Positions 43,144-55,927 are shown, counted from the stretch's first letter. The stretch is 64,000 nt of DNA from Eukaryota sp. TZLM1-RC (GCA_040285825.1 JAUPSS010000008.1:682001-746000), one strand, 5' to 3'. Translations and numbers: made by a program. The notes: generated by a model from the sequence alone, not told the origin.

Positions 43144-45341
43144 TTAAGTCCTACAAGGGATTTTGATAATACCACCCTTGTAAGCAAAAACTAGGTCAGT
43201 CAATCGGTCACGGCGTTTCTGCAACTCTAGACCTTTCTGAGTATCGAAAACACGGTTTCTTTGTTGATATCTGTCCACCACTTGCAACTCATTAACCATA
43301 AGCTTGTTTTCGTGAATAGAAGCATCTCTGCCCTCAAAAGGATGATGAGAAGAAAGGAAAAGTCCATGGGAAGACTCCACCAATGTAAAACCACCAATTC
43401 CAGTAACATTCAGCTAGAGTTAGTTTAAACTATAAAGAATGACATACATATGCTTCACTAAAACCTCCATCAATAACAATAAGCTTACCATTAGCTTTAA
43501 CAGCATTTTCTCCTTTTATTAACTTCACAGGAGTGTGCCCACAAACAACTTTGCTGGCATTACTGGTGAGTCCGAAACCAGCTAACCATTTAGCAACAAC
43601 AGATTCATCATCACGAAGTTCAAAAAACACAGAATTCTTCTCCTTTTTCGCATCTTTATCGTCAATGAAATATGATTCAAATGTCTTCATTGCTGTTCTC
43701 TGGAACAATGGACTATCGGGATGACACCACAGCCAATACAGCAAATCTCTACCATAAGATTGAAAGCGTTGACGGGCATCTTCGGCATCAGTGTATGATC
43801 GTTGCCTTGTTTCGGGCATAATGTTATAGATATCACTTGCAAGCGAAAACTGGTCGAGGTAAGAAAAAGACTCACGGATGCGGCGGTCGAGGTAGCTAAA
43901 CAACTTGTTGCCGCTGAGGAAAGTGTTTTCATCCACTTGAACATCAATAAAGTTACCTTCATCATCAACTGGGATTCCAGCGTGCAAAAGCAACAAATCA
44001 TTGTGAATCTTGTACATACCACCATGGTAGATAATGTAGTTAATGTGATCCTGAAGAGTTGATGAATGAAGGAAGCTACTTCTAAAATGCAAAACCAAGT
44101 TCCTTTCAGCTTCTGACAATTCATAAGGGGATTGCTCAAAGTCAATGGTTGGGAAGTAATTGTCCATCATCTCATACTCCTTGCCATCATTTAAAGTCAC
44201 GTAGAGCTTTCCATTCTCAGGACGAATCTTATGGAGAAAGTTCCTGTGGTCAAAGTGCCAATAAGGCCTACGCAAGGCAAATCCCCGTTCAAGCTTGAAC
44301 TGAATGACGGCCATGGCCTTTTGCATACGAGCTAGCTGGAGAGCTTCATGAGGGTCATCCAATTCGACCTTTGGAAGGAACCGTTCACAGGGGTCATCCT
44401 TGTAAACCATATCAGCAAATCGAAGTAGAGGAGATAAACTAATTCCATAGCCAGCTTCTAAAGTGTTGATGTTGTTGTATCGGACAGAGATTCGGAGAAC
44501 AGATGCAATGCAAACATCAGATCCAAGACTAGCTCCTGCCCACAAGGCATCGTGATTACCCAAAATGAATTCAACATTCGGGTGGGTTTTCAAGAGTTCT
44601 ACACAACCCTCGGCATCATCACCACGGTCATAGATATCACCAACGACGTAAACTTTGTCAACACTCAGACGCTGGATGGACAAACACAATGCTTTACAAC
44701 TGAGATTAAATGATGATTGTCATACAATTCTGCAGCACTACCAATTTCAATAATGCCTTGGAGAATGTTCTTGTAATAGTCACGTTTGGATTCCTCTTCT
44801 TCTTGTGGCGATAGTAACTCTGATATAATGTATTGAAACTCTGTAGGTAATGCCTTTGACACCTTACTCCGGGTGTATTTTGCACTAACTCTTCTGCAAA
44901 GTTGTACAAGACGATACAATGTAATAATGTAAAAGTCGTTTTCCTCCTTTTTACTTTTAACGTTTTTACGAAGCAAAAGAGGTAACTTCTCTGTGGGATA
45001 CATAATCAGAGTACATAGTTCATCCTTTTCCCTTTGTGAAAGGTCGAACATAAACACTTGTTCAATCTGGGGTTAAATACATGCAGTTACATCAAACCTT
45101 TCGACGGAGATTACCTGAGCCACTCTTCAAGACACTGAGTTAAGAGGATGAAATGATTCACATACTGTTCGACGGCATCATGTGCTCCATGAAGATCTGA
45201 AACCATTTGACAAGTGGGTTTTGGAAGATTTAAGATTGCATTAAGATTGATGGCTTCAGAAAGAGCAGACTGTGGGGTTGGAAATTGTTTGGAGAGAGTC
45301 TCCAGAACATCAAGATCAAAAGAAGAAGGTGTTTCGATCAT
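43144..45341 (-). CDS. fbp: Fructose-1,6-bisphosphatase class III (Firmicutes-type), 5 exons
   Basis: AINLNAILNLPK, SDLHG, YTRSKV.KALP, GDIYDRG, GNHD, GHTPVK, IDGGFS. Removing GT-AG introns 45135-45165, 45067-45097, 44700-44725 and 43414-43447 restores a continuous conserved frame. Confidence 0.93.
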
Positions 45342-45628
45342 TCAAGAAGGTTCAAAAGCTGAAAAGAACAAATACGCATAAGGATGAATCCTTAAGGAGG
45401 AAATCAGAAGAATTCATCTGGTGACCATGAGTGACAAAACTGAGTGATTTGTTTTACGTGTTTTGATAGTTCTTAAAACCTACTGAGCGATTTTCCCATC
45501 GAATGAATCAATTAGGCCAATAAGCATTAGTAATTTTTGTACTTATGAGTAGCTGACATGTGTGATTATTTGAATCAATGTTAACCAGATAATTGAATTA
45601 TGATCTGCACCCTATTTTTTTCAGGACT

Positions 45629-46823
45629 TGTTAGATGTTGGATAACATCAAATCACGTGTGATGACGTGGCGATAGTTTAAGTTTAGTATTTGTAATTTA
45701 ATAAAGCTTTTCCTTTGGTCACTGCAGTGGAAACCAACAATAACGTTATTGTCCCTGTCCCTGTCCTTGTCCCTGTTTCAGACCCGTCACTGTTCTTGTA
45801 ACTGCCTTTGGTAAAGCCGTGCGATGCGTCCTGTCCACCGTCCCTATCTGACCTCGCTGTCCGAGGAAGATGTATGTATGTTTTTAAGCGAGTTTGAAGT
45901 GTATCAGTCTGTCACTGATAGCACCAAAGTTGTTTCCTTAAGGCTCTCTGTAGATCCCTTCATTTTGAAGTCCTTAGAGTTGTATGAACCTAAGGTGAAG
46001 ACTTCCGATAGTGTGTTGCTCAACTATTTGAAATCGCTGAACAATTTTCCGTCCTATGAAGCTGTCAACCAGACGGTCTCTCGGTTGAAAATGAACGTGA
46101 AAATCCCTAGTGCCAGAGAAAGAATGAATGATTACCTCAGAAACTTTCTGAAGGTGAAGGAAAAGGCTGAAGGCCTCGCCATTCCGAATAATGTTTTCAT
46201 GAAACGATTTGCTGCTGGTATTGCTCATAAAGGTCTAGCTGAATCCCTTGTGTCCCGTATTAATGACCAACTGTTACCTGATTTCAAAACCCTTGTGAAA
46301 GTTGCTACCGACGAAATTGTTGACCATGATAGATCTAAAGTTTGGTCAGGATCCATATCTAATACAAGTACTCGTTCTGCCGTCAGAGATACAGATATTG
46401 CTGCCAAAACTTGTTACAGATGCCATAAGCCTGGTCATATTGCTGTTAATTGTCCTCTTCGCAATGGTACTGCCCAAACTTTTGATGTCAAAAGATCCGC
46501 TCATGCTCATAGTATTAGAGAACTAGAATAGGTGAACACTGTACTTTGTGCTGTTAATGAAGCAGATATCAATAACTGTTCTGACTCATGCCTTGGAGAC
46601 GCGCTGAATATTTATGATAGTGATTCTTCAGAAGAAGAGCCGTATGAACTTGTACTCAATCCATTAACAAGGATTTCCCCATCACTGAAGAAGAAGAGTG
46701 AAGAAGGGGTAGTGTTAGATGTTGGATAACATCAAATCACGTGTGATGACGTGGCGATAGTTTAAGTGTGGTATTTGTAATTTAATAAAGCTTTTCCTTT
46801 GGTCACTGCAGTGGAAACCAACA
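45629..46823 (+). mobile_element. Gag-only LTR element (TR-GAG-like), 1195 bp
   Basis: 111-bp LTRs at 45629-45739 and 46713-46823 (2 mismatches); TSD GACT; PPT GAAGAAGGGGTAG; no pol. Confidence 0.95.
45824..46531 (+). CDS. Gag with CCHC zinc knuckle
   Basis: Intact 235 aa ORF containing CYRCHKPGHIAVNC. Confidence 0.85.
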   Translation: MRPVHRPYLTSLSEEDVCMFLSEFEVYQSVTDSTKVVSLRLSVDPFILKSLELYEPKVKTSDSVLLNYLKSLNNFPSYEAVNQTVSRLKMNVKIPSARERMNDYLRNFLKVKEKAEGLAIPNNVFMKRFAAGIAHKGLAESLVSRINDQLLPDFKTLVKVATDEIVDHDRSKVWSGSISNTSTRSAVRDTDIAAKTCYRCHKPGHIAVNCPLRNGTAQTFDVKRSAHAHSIRELE

Positions 46824-46884
46824 GACTGATTTAGAGAGTATTAATGATCTCGGAAGCAAAAAGAGTGAAAGTTGAAAGTAGACG

Positions 46885-47712
46885 ACTAAAGTCATCAGAT
46901 TCTTCACTGTGTATGACCATTGTACCACGGAGATTTGGATTGTGTGCTACGTATGAAGCGTTGGTAACAAAAATGAGATTATATTTGAATAACCCCATTA
47001 ATCAATTATTATCAAAAGAAAAATGTATTTGTTCGAATTAACCTCAACTCGCTTTGCGCCATGCAATGAATTTTTTGAAATTGATAACTTCTCGTTCTTC
47101 ATTACATGATGTTGTAAGAGACACTGTTTTCAATATGGCACGAACTGCAAGAATCTCGTGTATTAAAGAGCCTCTGCTGAGAGAAACATTGGCATTGAAT
47201 TATTTTGGGTCTGATGATAGAGGTGATGTATAATGTGATTGGATTGAGAACTCTGGAGCTGTTCTTGACTTTGTCTCCTGTAATGTTGCAAATTACACTT
47301 TGGTTCAAAGAAGAAAACTTAATCCTGTAGGTGCTTTTGAATTTAAAGCCAAAAAGAAACATCGAAAATATGACAAAGATATCGAAGAAGCTGATGCTGA
47401 TAGAAACAGACCAATTGTTTTTATTGCTTTCCCATTTTCTAAAGACGAAAGACTATCAGTAGAAGCAAAACTTTTTTTGAATGATTTCCAAAGAATGGTT
47501 CAAGAAAAAACAATGAAAAGATTTGATATCTTTTTATAGCGCTCTCGAATTCTATTTGCCATTATCAATAGATTGCCTCGGTTTTTCAATCGAATTAGAG
47601 AAGCTTTAGCTAGACAGCAAGCAGATCAAGATTTTGTAGAGGAAATTGGTTCAATGAATTTAGTCCCATTGGTGATGAGTTTATTTTGTTAAGTGTGCAA
47701 GTTTAATAAATT
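46885..47712 (+). mobile_element. Subfamily C non-LTR 3' fragment
   Basis: TIVPRRFGLCAT...RRKLNPVGAFEFK...; ends in AATAAA. Confidence 0.88.
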
Positions 47713-48370
47713 AAGTATTGACCACTAAAGGTTCTGCTAATCAGTTGATTAACAAAGTGGTGGTTTTTTTGTGTCCCATCACCTGTTCCTTGAAAAAATT
47801 TTCCTGTTCTCACACTCAATGTATTTTTAAATATATTCTTGTTTGCTCTCTGCCTTTCCCAAGTCAACAAGTTATAGCTGTTAATTTTTGTCTTGTGAAA
47901 ATTGTCCCCGGTTATGCTCTAGACACAATCCGTAAAACAAAAGTTTGTTAAAACAGTCATCTTCCATGAAATCCGCAAAATTTCCTTTCAAAGCATAAAG
48001 ATCATTGATAAAACCGGTCTGTCCTTGTTGACCAATTTTTTGGGCTTAAATAAATGTCTTGACCAATTTTGCAAGGTTTTTCATCCCACAGCACATTCAT
48101 TTGTGAAAATTCTGCTTGAGCATATGCACCATTGTAGTCCTGGCAAAGGTTTTATTGCATTTGCTGTATGTTAAAATATGTGTCAAAAGACTGAAAATGG
48201 TTCCAAAAGTAAAATTAAAACAGAATATTGTTTAATTTTGATGAATGTAGTCGAGCAGCATTCCATAAATTGTGAAGATATTTTATACAAGAAACTGAAA
48301 TCCACAAAACAGCAAATTACAAACCAATTAGATACAAAATAGTTTATAATATTATACAAAATTAACAACA

Positions 48371-48892
48371 CTAAGATGAAGAATTACGCATTAGGTAGGC
48401 CCCAAGCCATTCAATTGGGTTAAACTGGGATGATGGATTTTCAATGACATTTCTGCTCTCTGCTACACGAAGAAGTTGTTCAAGTGCTGGTGTAAGCACG
48501 GAAAGTATATCATCTAGATACTTTCGTCGCTCGACATCTAAAGTAGATTCAAGGGGTGTATTTTGTAATAAGGTCTGTGAAGACTTACCAAAAACAAATT
48601 CAAGAATATCCACTATTTGTGTCTGTGGAATAACAATGATAGAGGAGTCAAAGGAAGGTAAAGATTGATCACCAATGACGTAAATGACCTCAACAGGAGA
48701 GGACGTAAGACTAGACCTTAGTTCCTCGTACAAAGTCAGGTTGGATAAGAAGACAAACTGTGCATCTGAATCTTCAAGCAATATTGACTTGCGCTTTGCA
48801 ATTTTGAATTGATAAGAAGACCGAAGAGTCTCTATGACAGGAAAAGAACTGGTTCCAGGGGGTATGATAATAACATGCTGATGTGTATCCAT
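48371..48892 (-). CDS. Hypothetical protein with a C-terminal Dpy-30-like docking helix pair
   Basis: YLDDILSVLTPALEQLL...FNPIEWLGAYLMRN; first ATG at 48892. Confidence 0.6.
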   Translation of the reverse strand: MDTHQHVIIIPPGTSSFPVIETLRSSYQFKIAKRKSILLEDSDAQFVFLSNLTLYEELRSSLTSSPVEVIYVIGDQSLPSFDSSIIVIPQTQIVDILEFVFGKSSQTLLQNTPLESTLDVERRKYLDDILSVLTPALEQLLRVAESRNVIENPSSQFNPIEWLGAYLMRNSSS

Positions 48893-48970
48893 TATTGAAA
48901 TTAAGGCAAAAAAAATGTAAGTGTATTCAGCATCTATAATCTTAATCCAATATAAGCAAACTTGCTTATC

Positions 48971-49309
48971 ATGAGCAAACTTGATGCACTTAGAGAGTTC
49001 AATATTAAACAACTGGAACTACGATGTATCATCAAGGAGAATGAACTAATCAAGCATCGATTGTCGTCTTTTAGACAAGCCCAAGCTGAAAAGGATGAAT
49101 TGATAAACAAACAGAAACTTACAATAATTAATGAAAGAAGACGGCGAGCGAATGAGAATGCAGCTAAACGTGTCGAGTTTCAAAAGATTGAAACACGTCG
49201 TAATGAATCATTGATACAGCTTGCGGCTCGACAAGAAGCACTTGATCAACAGCTGTTGAATCGTCTGCGTCTTAAACCCCAACGTAGCATTTTCAAATCC
49301 AAAAGATGA
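48971..49309 (+). CDS. Small coiled-coil hypothetical protein
   Basis: Charged helical ORF, divergent from the gene at 48892 across 78 bp. Confidence 0.6.
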   Translation: MSKLDALREFNIKQLELRCIIKENELIKHRLSSFRQAQAEKDELINKQKLTIINERRRRANENAAKRVEFQKIETRRNESLIQLAARQEALDQQLLNRLRLKPQRSIFKSKR

Positions 49310-49533
49310 ACTCAATGTAATATAGTGTTTCTGTAATTAATATGTCAACATAAACGATCGCCACATTAACTAATGCTGTCTTTGTTGATCTAAATACAAC
49401 AACAGTTAACTTATTGCATTGAAACTAAAATCACGATGAGTGTTCACATCCGGCATGTTTATTAACATCCTACAACCTCAGTAACGACCTCTCAATGTGG
49501 ACAAAACTAAGACAAAGATAAAGTTCAAGATGA

Positions 49534-49907
49534 CTATTCGGATTTCTTAGCACGCATGGCACGGAGAACACTAGCAATTTCTTCACGCTTTGACTTGGCA
49601 CGAATGTGAGTACCCAACTGATGTTAAGATGTGAAGAATAAAACATACACGTTTCTTAGCAAATCGGAGAGCACGTCTGTCGAGTCCCAACTTTAAAAGT
49701 TCCATCATGCGTCGTTCATAAGGAGCGAAACCGGCAACTTCACGGATAAGAGCCCTGCGCATAGTGACGCGCTTGGTAGCTTGCTTAGATGAGAGAGACA
49801 GTAAAGCATACTCCCTTCTTTCGTGACTGACGGGTCTTCTTAACATCAGTGATGGGGGTGGTGATGTGGCCATGATTGGCACCGATAGCAATACCAGACT
49901 TACTCAT
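49534..49907 (-). CDS. RPL36: 60S ribosomal protein L36 (eL36), 3 exons
   Basis: [44 protein letters not shown]; introns at 49784-49811 (28 nt) and 49618-49648 (31 nt). Confidence 0.97.
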
Positions 49908-50246
49908 AGGAAATGAAGAGGGACTGAAAAAGGAAATTCTTTGAATTTGACAAAACATTCTTATGGACAACTTAGACAAAACAGTCATTTCCTTTCAGCA
50001 GTAACTTTCAGAGTATTCATTATTTAACCATAAATGCATAATTCATGTAAAATATGGGATAATCTTTTAATCACCAATATTCATTCACATGGTTCAATTT
50101 TTGTTATATTGTTGTTACCATATCATATAATTGGAAAAATTACAAATAAAATACACTGATGAGCAAAAAACAGAAAATGATTGTCAGATAGCTGTGGTAT
50201 TTAGTTTAAAATTTGCTTAGGTCTCACTCACTGCTCACTATGCCGG

Positions 50247-51701
50247 ATGATCCACCATGTTGTCCTTAGCACTACATCTGGAACATGTTTACTTGCAGTA
50301 GCATTACCTAGCGCATCTACTCTTCAGTATGAATCCCTTATCGACACCGTAATTGCAACACAGTCGTTCCTTTCATCTTCTATGTTTTGTTTTAACCTAG
50401 ACAATCTCTGCTTCACCGTTTTCTTTTCACATGATTGCTTCTGTTGTATATCTTCCGATCACTCTTCTCACCGTCCACTTATTTACACTCTTGCCCAATT
50501 TTTCACACTGTCTCTACTTCATCTATTTGCATCCGATATTCAAGACATCATTCAAGACGACAACTCATGCCACGAAGCCAATCTCTCCACGTATTCTGTT
50601 CAACAAGAACTAGACAGTCCAGAAATACATGTTGTCTCTGGCGTTGAGTGCCCCTCCTCCTCCTCTTCCCTATCCTCTGAACTTAATAGTCTTTACTTTA
50701 ACGACCTTATATCTGAATTTGTTTTCAGAATCACCCTTCCCTTAATCAAGAATCCCCACTTGTGGGAAATGGTTGCTAAACTGTCTGGTTTTATGAATAT
50801 ATTCCATGCACCCCATTCCGACCTTGCTTCTCTCTTTCCTCATCCAGACTTTTTTCCGCATTCATTACCAATTAGTTTGTTTATGGAGCAGCTGTTTTCT
50901 TATTCCAACTCAACTGTGCTCTCTCCAGATTCTCTATCCGTATTCATCATTCCTCAATCCTCCTCCACTCCATTTGCATGCATTCCCCTTTCCTTGGATC
51001 AGGGGCTGGGTATTAGAAGAATTTTGTCACAGCATGGGAGAAGTGCTCATTTAGAATCTGGTTTTGTTTTGATTAAGAGTAATGACTTGACCAATGATTT
51101 TCCTGTTTTGGCGAATCAAATTGAAGAAGCAGAATTGTTTATTACAAGACTTGCTACACTACTCTCCACCTTCAACTCTGTTAATTCTGTCCAATCACTA
51201 GTGAAGATCTTATTGTCCCTTAAATTGCTGGTTTTGCATTCAATTGACCCTTCATTGTTAAGCCACTCTCTTGTTCGTCCGCCTCCCCCAACCAAGGAGA
51301 TTGGCTTTTCTCGTAAAGTATTACCAGTGTCTTGCACACCCCCTCTTCCACCTAGCAAACCTCCGATCGATCGGAGACCAACTCCCAGAATTACCCCTTG
51401 CGAGGTTGAGATGGAGGTTGCTACACCGATAGAAGATGCAAAGTTCAGAAGAAAGGTGCCAAAGATCAGGGGGATCGCGACTGTAAAGAAGGAAGAAAAT
51501 GCAGAAGGAAGTGCACGGAGAAGGCTTTTGTTCTCAAATACTGCGTCAGGTAACAGTTTGGTTAGGAAAAAGAAAATGTTATTGAAAAAGAGACCAATCT
51601 TTGACTTGATTAAGAGCTTGTCCTTAAATGAAGGTTCAGTTGAGTCTGTAGTTGAGTCTAGTAGACATAATGTATCTAAATCAAGGGTTTTATTCAAATA
51701 A
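50247..51701 (+). CDS. Hypothetical protein (possible longin-like N-terminus, Pro/basic C-terminus)
   Basis: 484 aa open frame with gene-like composition; family not recognised. Confidence 0.65.
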   Translation: MIHHVVLSTTSGTCLLAVALPSASTLQYESLIDTVIATQSFLSSSMFCFNLDNLCFTVFFSHDCFCCISSDHSSHRPLIYTLAQFFTLSLLHLFASDIQDIIQDDNSCHEANLSTYSVQQELDSPEIHVVSGVECPSSSSSLSSELNSLYFNDLISEFVFRITLPLIKNPHLWEMVAKLSGFMNIFHAPHSDLASLFPHPDFFPHSLPISLFMEQLFSYSNSTVLSPDSLSVFIIPQSSSTPFACIPLSLDQGLGIRRILSQHGRSAHLESGFVLIKSNDLTNDFPVLANQIEEAELFITRLATLLSTFNSVNSVQSLVKILLSLKLLVLHSIDPSLLSHSLVRPPPPTKEIGFSRKVLPVSCTPPLPPSKPPIDRRPTPRITPCEVEMEVATPIEDAKFRRKVPKIRGIATVKKEENAEGSARRRLLFSNTASGNSLVRKKKMLLKKRPIFDLIKSLSLNEGSVESVVESSRHNVSKSRVLFK

Positions 51702-51901
51702 TTAATAATAACTTAATGTGTTTGACTTGTAAATTTAAATTTTTTGTATTTTGATTTACTCATGAATTTCAATGAACCATGCTACATTATAGAGAAATAC
51801 AATTAGATAAATCAAACTAAAAGGCCCAAAGTCCCAGATGCTCTAAGAGTTCTAATATAAAATTTGTATTTGATTTCATTAGTCATTATTGACCAGATAA
51901 T

Positions 51902-52087
51902 TTAATTGGTACACTTTGAACTGTCAGCTTCTGGAGGAACGTCATTAACAGCAAAAAACTGATCGTTTAATGAGCAGGATGAAGCAGGTGTAGAGTCTTC
52001 ACGAGATTCAGGATCCAAAGATAAGAAAGCATGGCCAGGAGTTGAAGAACTGTTCATTGGGGCATCAAAGTCGGAAGAAAAAGACAT
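51902..52087 (-). CDS. Small Ser-rich hypothetical protein
   Basis: 61 aa ATG ORF with higher GC than its flanks. Confidence 0.4.
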   Translation of the reverse strand: MSFSSDFDAPMNSSSTPGHAFLSLDPESREDSTPASSCSLNDQFFAVNDVPPEADSSKCTN

Positions 52088-52111
52088 AATAGGGACAGTT
52101 TAAGCGAGGAC

Positions 52112-53545
52112 AGAATTTTTTGCTGATTTATTGGATGTAGAAGTTAGCTAATGCTAAATGCCACTTCCCGGTTTAGGAAAGTACCACGTGTGGTATCACG
52201 TGATCATTAGTTTAAGTTCTAGTTTGTATTTATTCATGTTGATTTTCTTAACTTTGTCCATTAACGTCTGTTTCATCTTAGTTTTAGGGAGTACCGTGCA
52301 CATAAGCCAACATAGAACCGGGAATGTTGAAAAATCACTTATTGTCTCCAGCAAATTTGGGTGGTATTGGATTTACTAAATCTTCTATTTGATGTCAATC
52401 AGCTTTTTTGGGTGGATACAAGAATTTTATTTCTGAATTTTCTCGTAGATTTTCCTGAAGACTCTCATCTGTTAGTTCCCAGTTGCAGTCCATATTTGAA
52501 TGAGATATCTTGTGAACTTGATAGATTGCCGCCACAAATCTGGACCAAATGTTTTCCCCCATCAATTCAACAAATTCCAAACCGACCTCTTTTTAATTTG
52601 CAGTTTTGCTGCAAAAAGCTTCAATAAAAATTGTCAAAGATTTTTGAAAGCTTGGATTTTGATGTTAGATTTGGCTTGGCCAAGAAAACCAATCCCGCTT
52701 TTGCAAATCTTTTACAAGATATGTGTGACAGTACTTGTTCTTCCTTAGTGACAAAAATTCCTCAAGTTTATGGCACTCTCTTAACTGATTCTGCTTGGAC
52801 TTTTAATATGAGATTTCGTTCCTTTATCTGGCCTGATAGATTACCTCATAATTAAATTTGTAAATGTTCTCGATAAATTGCTATTACTCATTTTTTAAAT
52901 TATAAACATTTTATTACTTTTAGAAGCAAGGTTCACGATGCTGTAAGAGACCAGTTATATTGTATGTGTAAGTCTCATAGAATTGAATCCTTTTTGGAAC
53001 CTCTGTTGTCAAATCTGCTTGATTTTCAAGATGATTTTCATAAGAATAACAAAGGTGATGTCATATTACCTGGATTAGATGGAACCTTCATTTTATTGGA
53101 TTTAATGTCTGTTGATCCTTGTAATGCCTCAAATGAAAGGCTTGCTAATTCTGAAATTCATAATCCTCTTTCAAATGCTGAAAATTTCAAAATCAAAAAA
53201 TACAAAGAACCTTTGTCCAAATTGTCCAGCCAGCAGCATGCAAAATACTATTTGTATCCATTTATATTTTCTCTATTTGGTTCACTTTATCCAACGGCTA
53301 TACGTTTTTTGGCAGATTTTGACATAATTGTAAAGAGGAGAACTAACAGAAATTTCAACAGATTGTTTTGGCAAGACAGAATTGTGTTTCTATTTTTTAA
53401 GGGGATGTTGAAGATGGTTTCTGATGCTTTGCTTTCTCTTGGATCTCACTATGAGAGAGTTGCATCCAGTGTTTTTGTTTTGGGAGAGATGGATTATTTA
53501 GATGTTGATTTATAGGTTTTTAATAATATTGATAATTAAAAAAAG
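52112..53545 (+). mobile_element. 5'-truncated subfamily A non-LTR copy
   Basis: 16-bp TSD CAGTTTAAGCGAGGAC (52096-52111, 53546-53561); A-rich tail; REL ORF 52964-53515. Confidence 0.92.
52159..52330. mobile_element. Probable solo LTR inserted in the subfamily A copy
   Basis: Starts with TG; sub-terminal inverted repeat TTCCCGGTT/AACCGGGAA; shares CACGTG..TAGTTTAAGTT motifs with the 45629 LTR; host sequence resumes after it. Confidence 0.5.
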
Positions 53546-54147
53546 CAGTTTAAGCGAGGACTAAAATTTATTTACTTTTATTATTATTATCAACACACCT
53601 CAAAACGTTGTGTTTATTTGTCACCATGTGGAGTTTGGTGAAATGGATTTCTACCGTGTCTTCTGATTTTGAATTTGAAAACTCTTTCTTACTTCTTGTG
53701 CTTTTATTGGTGGATGCAGAAATGCAATATTTGAGTTTTCTGAAAGATTTGCCGATTGGGAAGATTTATCAATGACAACGCAAGGTTCCACTGTTTTTGC
53801 ATTAAATGATGAAATTTCGAAAATTGATGTAGAAAAATGGAGTCGATGCTTTCCCCAATGATTCAATGGCAATATTCCGGAAAAGATTTTTAAAATTTAA
53901 AATACACTCTTCGAACATTGCAGAAACGATTGATTGAAATATAAGAAAATGATCTTTATAATAATTTATGCAGCTCAGCTGTTTTAAATCAAGATCTTCA
54001 CTCATTGTTTGTGGAAAAGGGTTTTTGTGAAAACCAGTCATCAGATTCTTCGCTGTTTGTAACCATTGTACCACGAAGATTATGATTGTGTGCCACTAAT
54101 GAAGCATTTGTAACAAAAATGAAATTATATTCGAATATCCCCATTAA

Positions 54148-55070
54148 ACTCAATTTATTGAATTTGCACACTTGATTAAATTAAATCATAACTAATGGGG
54201 CGACTATCATTAAACCAAGATTTCCTCTACAAAATCTTGATTTGCTTGCTGTCTAGCTAAAGCTTCTCTAATTCGATTGAAAAACCGCGGTAATCTATTA
54301 ATAATGGCAAATTGAATCCGTGAACGCCATAAAAAAATATCAAATCTTTTCATTGTTTTTTCTTTCACCATTTTTTGGAAGTCATCCAAAAAAGTTTCTG
54401 CTTCAACTGACAATCGTCCATTTATCGAAAATGGGAAAGCAATAAAAACCAGCTGTGTATTTCTATCGACATTTGCATCTTCAATTTCTTTATCATATTT
54501 TCTATGTTTTTCTTTTGCTTTAAAATCCAGAGCAGCCACAGGATTAAGTTTTCTTCTATGAACCAAAGTATCGTTTGCAACATTACATGAGACAAAGTCA
54601 ACAATAGCTTCAGAATTATCAATCCAATCACAGTATACATCACCTCTATCATCAGAACCAAAATTATTCAGAGAAAGTGTTTCCTTCAGTAGGGGCTCTT
54701 TGATACACGATATCCTTGCAGTTTGTGCCATATTGAAAACAGTGTCTCTAACGGCATCATGTAATGAAGAACGATAAGTTATCAATTTGGAGCAATTTAG
54801 AGCATGGCGCAAAGTGAGTTGAGGTGAATTCGAACAAATACATTTTTCTTTTGATAATAATTGGTTAATGGGGATGTTCAAATATAATCTCATTTTTGTT
54901 ACAAATGCTTCATTAGTGGCACACAATCCAAATCTTCGTGGTACAATGGTTACAAAAAGTGAAGAATCTGACGCCTTGTTTTCACAAACACCCTTTTCCA
55001 ATAACAATGAGTGAAGATCTTGATTTAAAACAGCCGAGCTGCAAATATTATTATAAAGATCTTTTTCATA
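54148..55070 (-). mobile_element. Young 5'-truncated subfamily C copy with an intact REL frame
   Basis: ORF 54210-~55070; TSD CCCATTAA (54140-54147, 55071-55078). Confidence 0.88.
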
Positions 55071-55286
55071 CCCATTAATCAATTATTATCAAAAAAATGT
55101 ATTTGTTCGAATTCACCTCATCTCACTTTGCGTCATGCTCTGAATTGTTCGAAATTGATAACTTAACGTTCTTCATTACTTGATGCTGTTAGAGACACTG
55201 TGTTTAATATGGCACAAACTGCAAGAATTTTGTGTATCAAAGACTCTGCTGAAGGAAACACTGTCATTGAATAATTTTGGTTCTGA

Positions 55287-55396
55287 TGTTGGCGCCTTTA
55301 GGCTTCAATAGAATAAGGGCAAAATAAATCAACTTTATGGCATGCACTTTATGTCAATCATCTTTATCTCAACCACTTTTGCAACCTAAGGCAACA
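55287..55396 (+). mobile_element. Solo LTR related to the 26050/27423 LTRs
   Basis: TGTTGGCGCC...CTTTATCTCAACCACTTTTGCAACCTAAGGCAACA, similar to the reverse complement of 26050-26151; TSD CTGA. Confidence 0.9.
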
Positions 55397-55927
55397 CTGA
55401 TGTCAGAGGTGATGTATACTGTGATTGGATTGATAACACTGAAACTGTTGTGGACTTTGTCTCATGTAATGTTGCAAATGACAATTTGCTTCACAGAAGA
55501 AACCTTAATCCTGTAGGTGCTTTTGATTTTAGGGCTAAAGAAAAACTCAGAAAATATGACAAAGATATCGAAGAGGCTAATGCTGGTAGAAATACACAGC
55601 TTGTTTTTATTGCTTTTCCATTTTCGATAAACGGAAGACTATCAGTAGAAGCAGAAATTTTTTTGAATGACTTCCAAATATGGTCCAAGAAAAAACAAAG
55701 AAAAGATTTGATAGTTTTTTATGGCGCTCTCGGATTCAATTTGCCATTATTAATAGATAACCTCGGTTTTTCAATCGAATTAGAGAAGCTTCAGCTAGAC
55801 AGCAAGCAGATCAAGATTTTGTAGATGAAATCTTGGTTCAATGAATTTCGTCGCATTAGTTATGAATTAATTTAATTCAGTGTGCATGTTCAATAAATAT
55901 TTATTTTGTAGAATTTCCCAACTTATT

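Larger units (their letters stand above)
53685..55905 (+). mobile_element. Subfamily C non-LTR copy interrupted by an antisense subfamily C copy and a solo LTR
   Basis: Aligns to 30095-31270; split at 54147/55071 and 55286/55397. Confidence 0.85.

Noticed and set aside
47712-48200. Possible decayed transposase
   Set aside because: No catalytic motif, TIR or TSD could be identified
51116-51697. 193 aa antisense ORF
   Set aside because: Shadow of 50247-51701; the same applies to antisense ORFs within VPS16, NOP9, GT4 and FBPase
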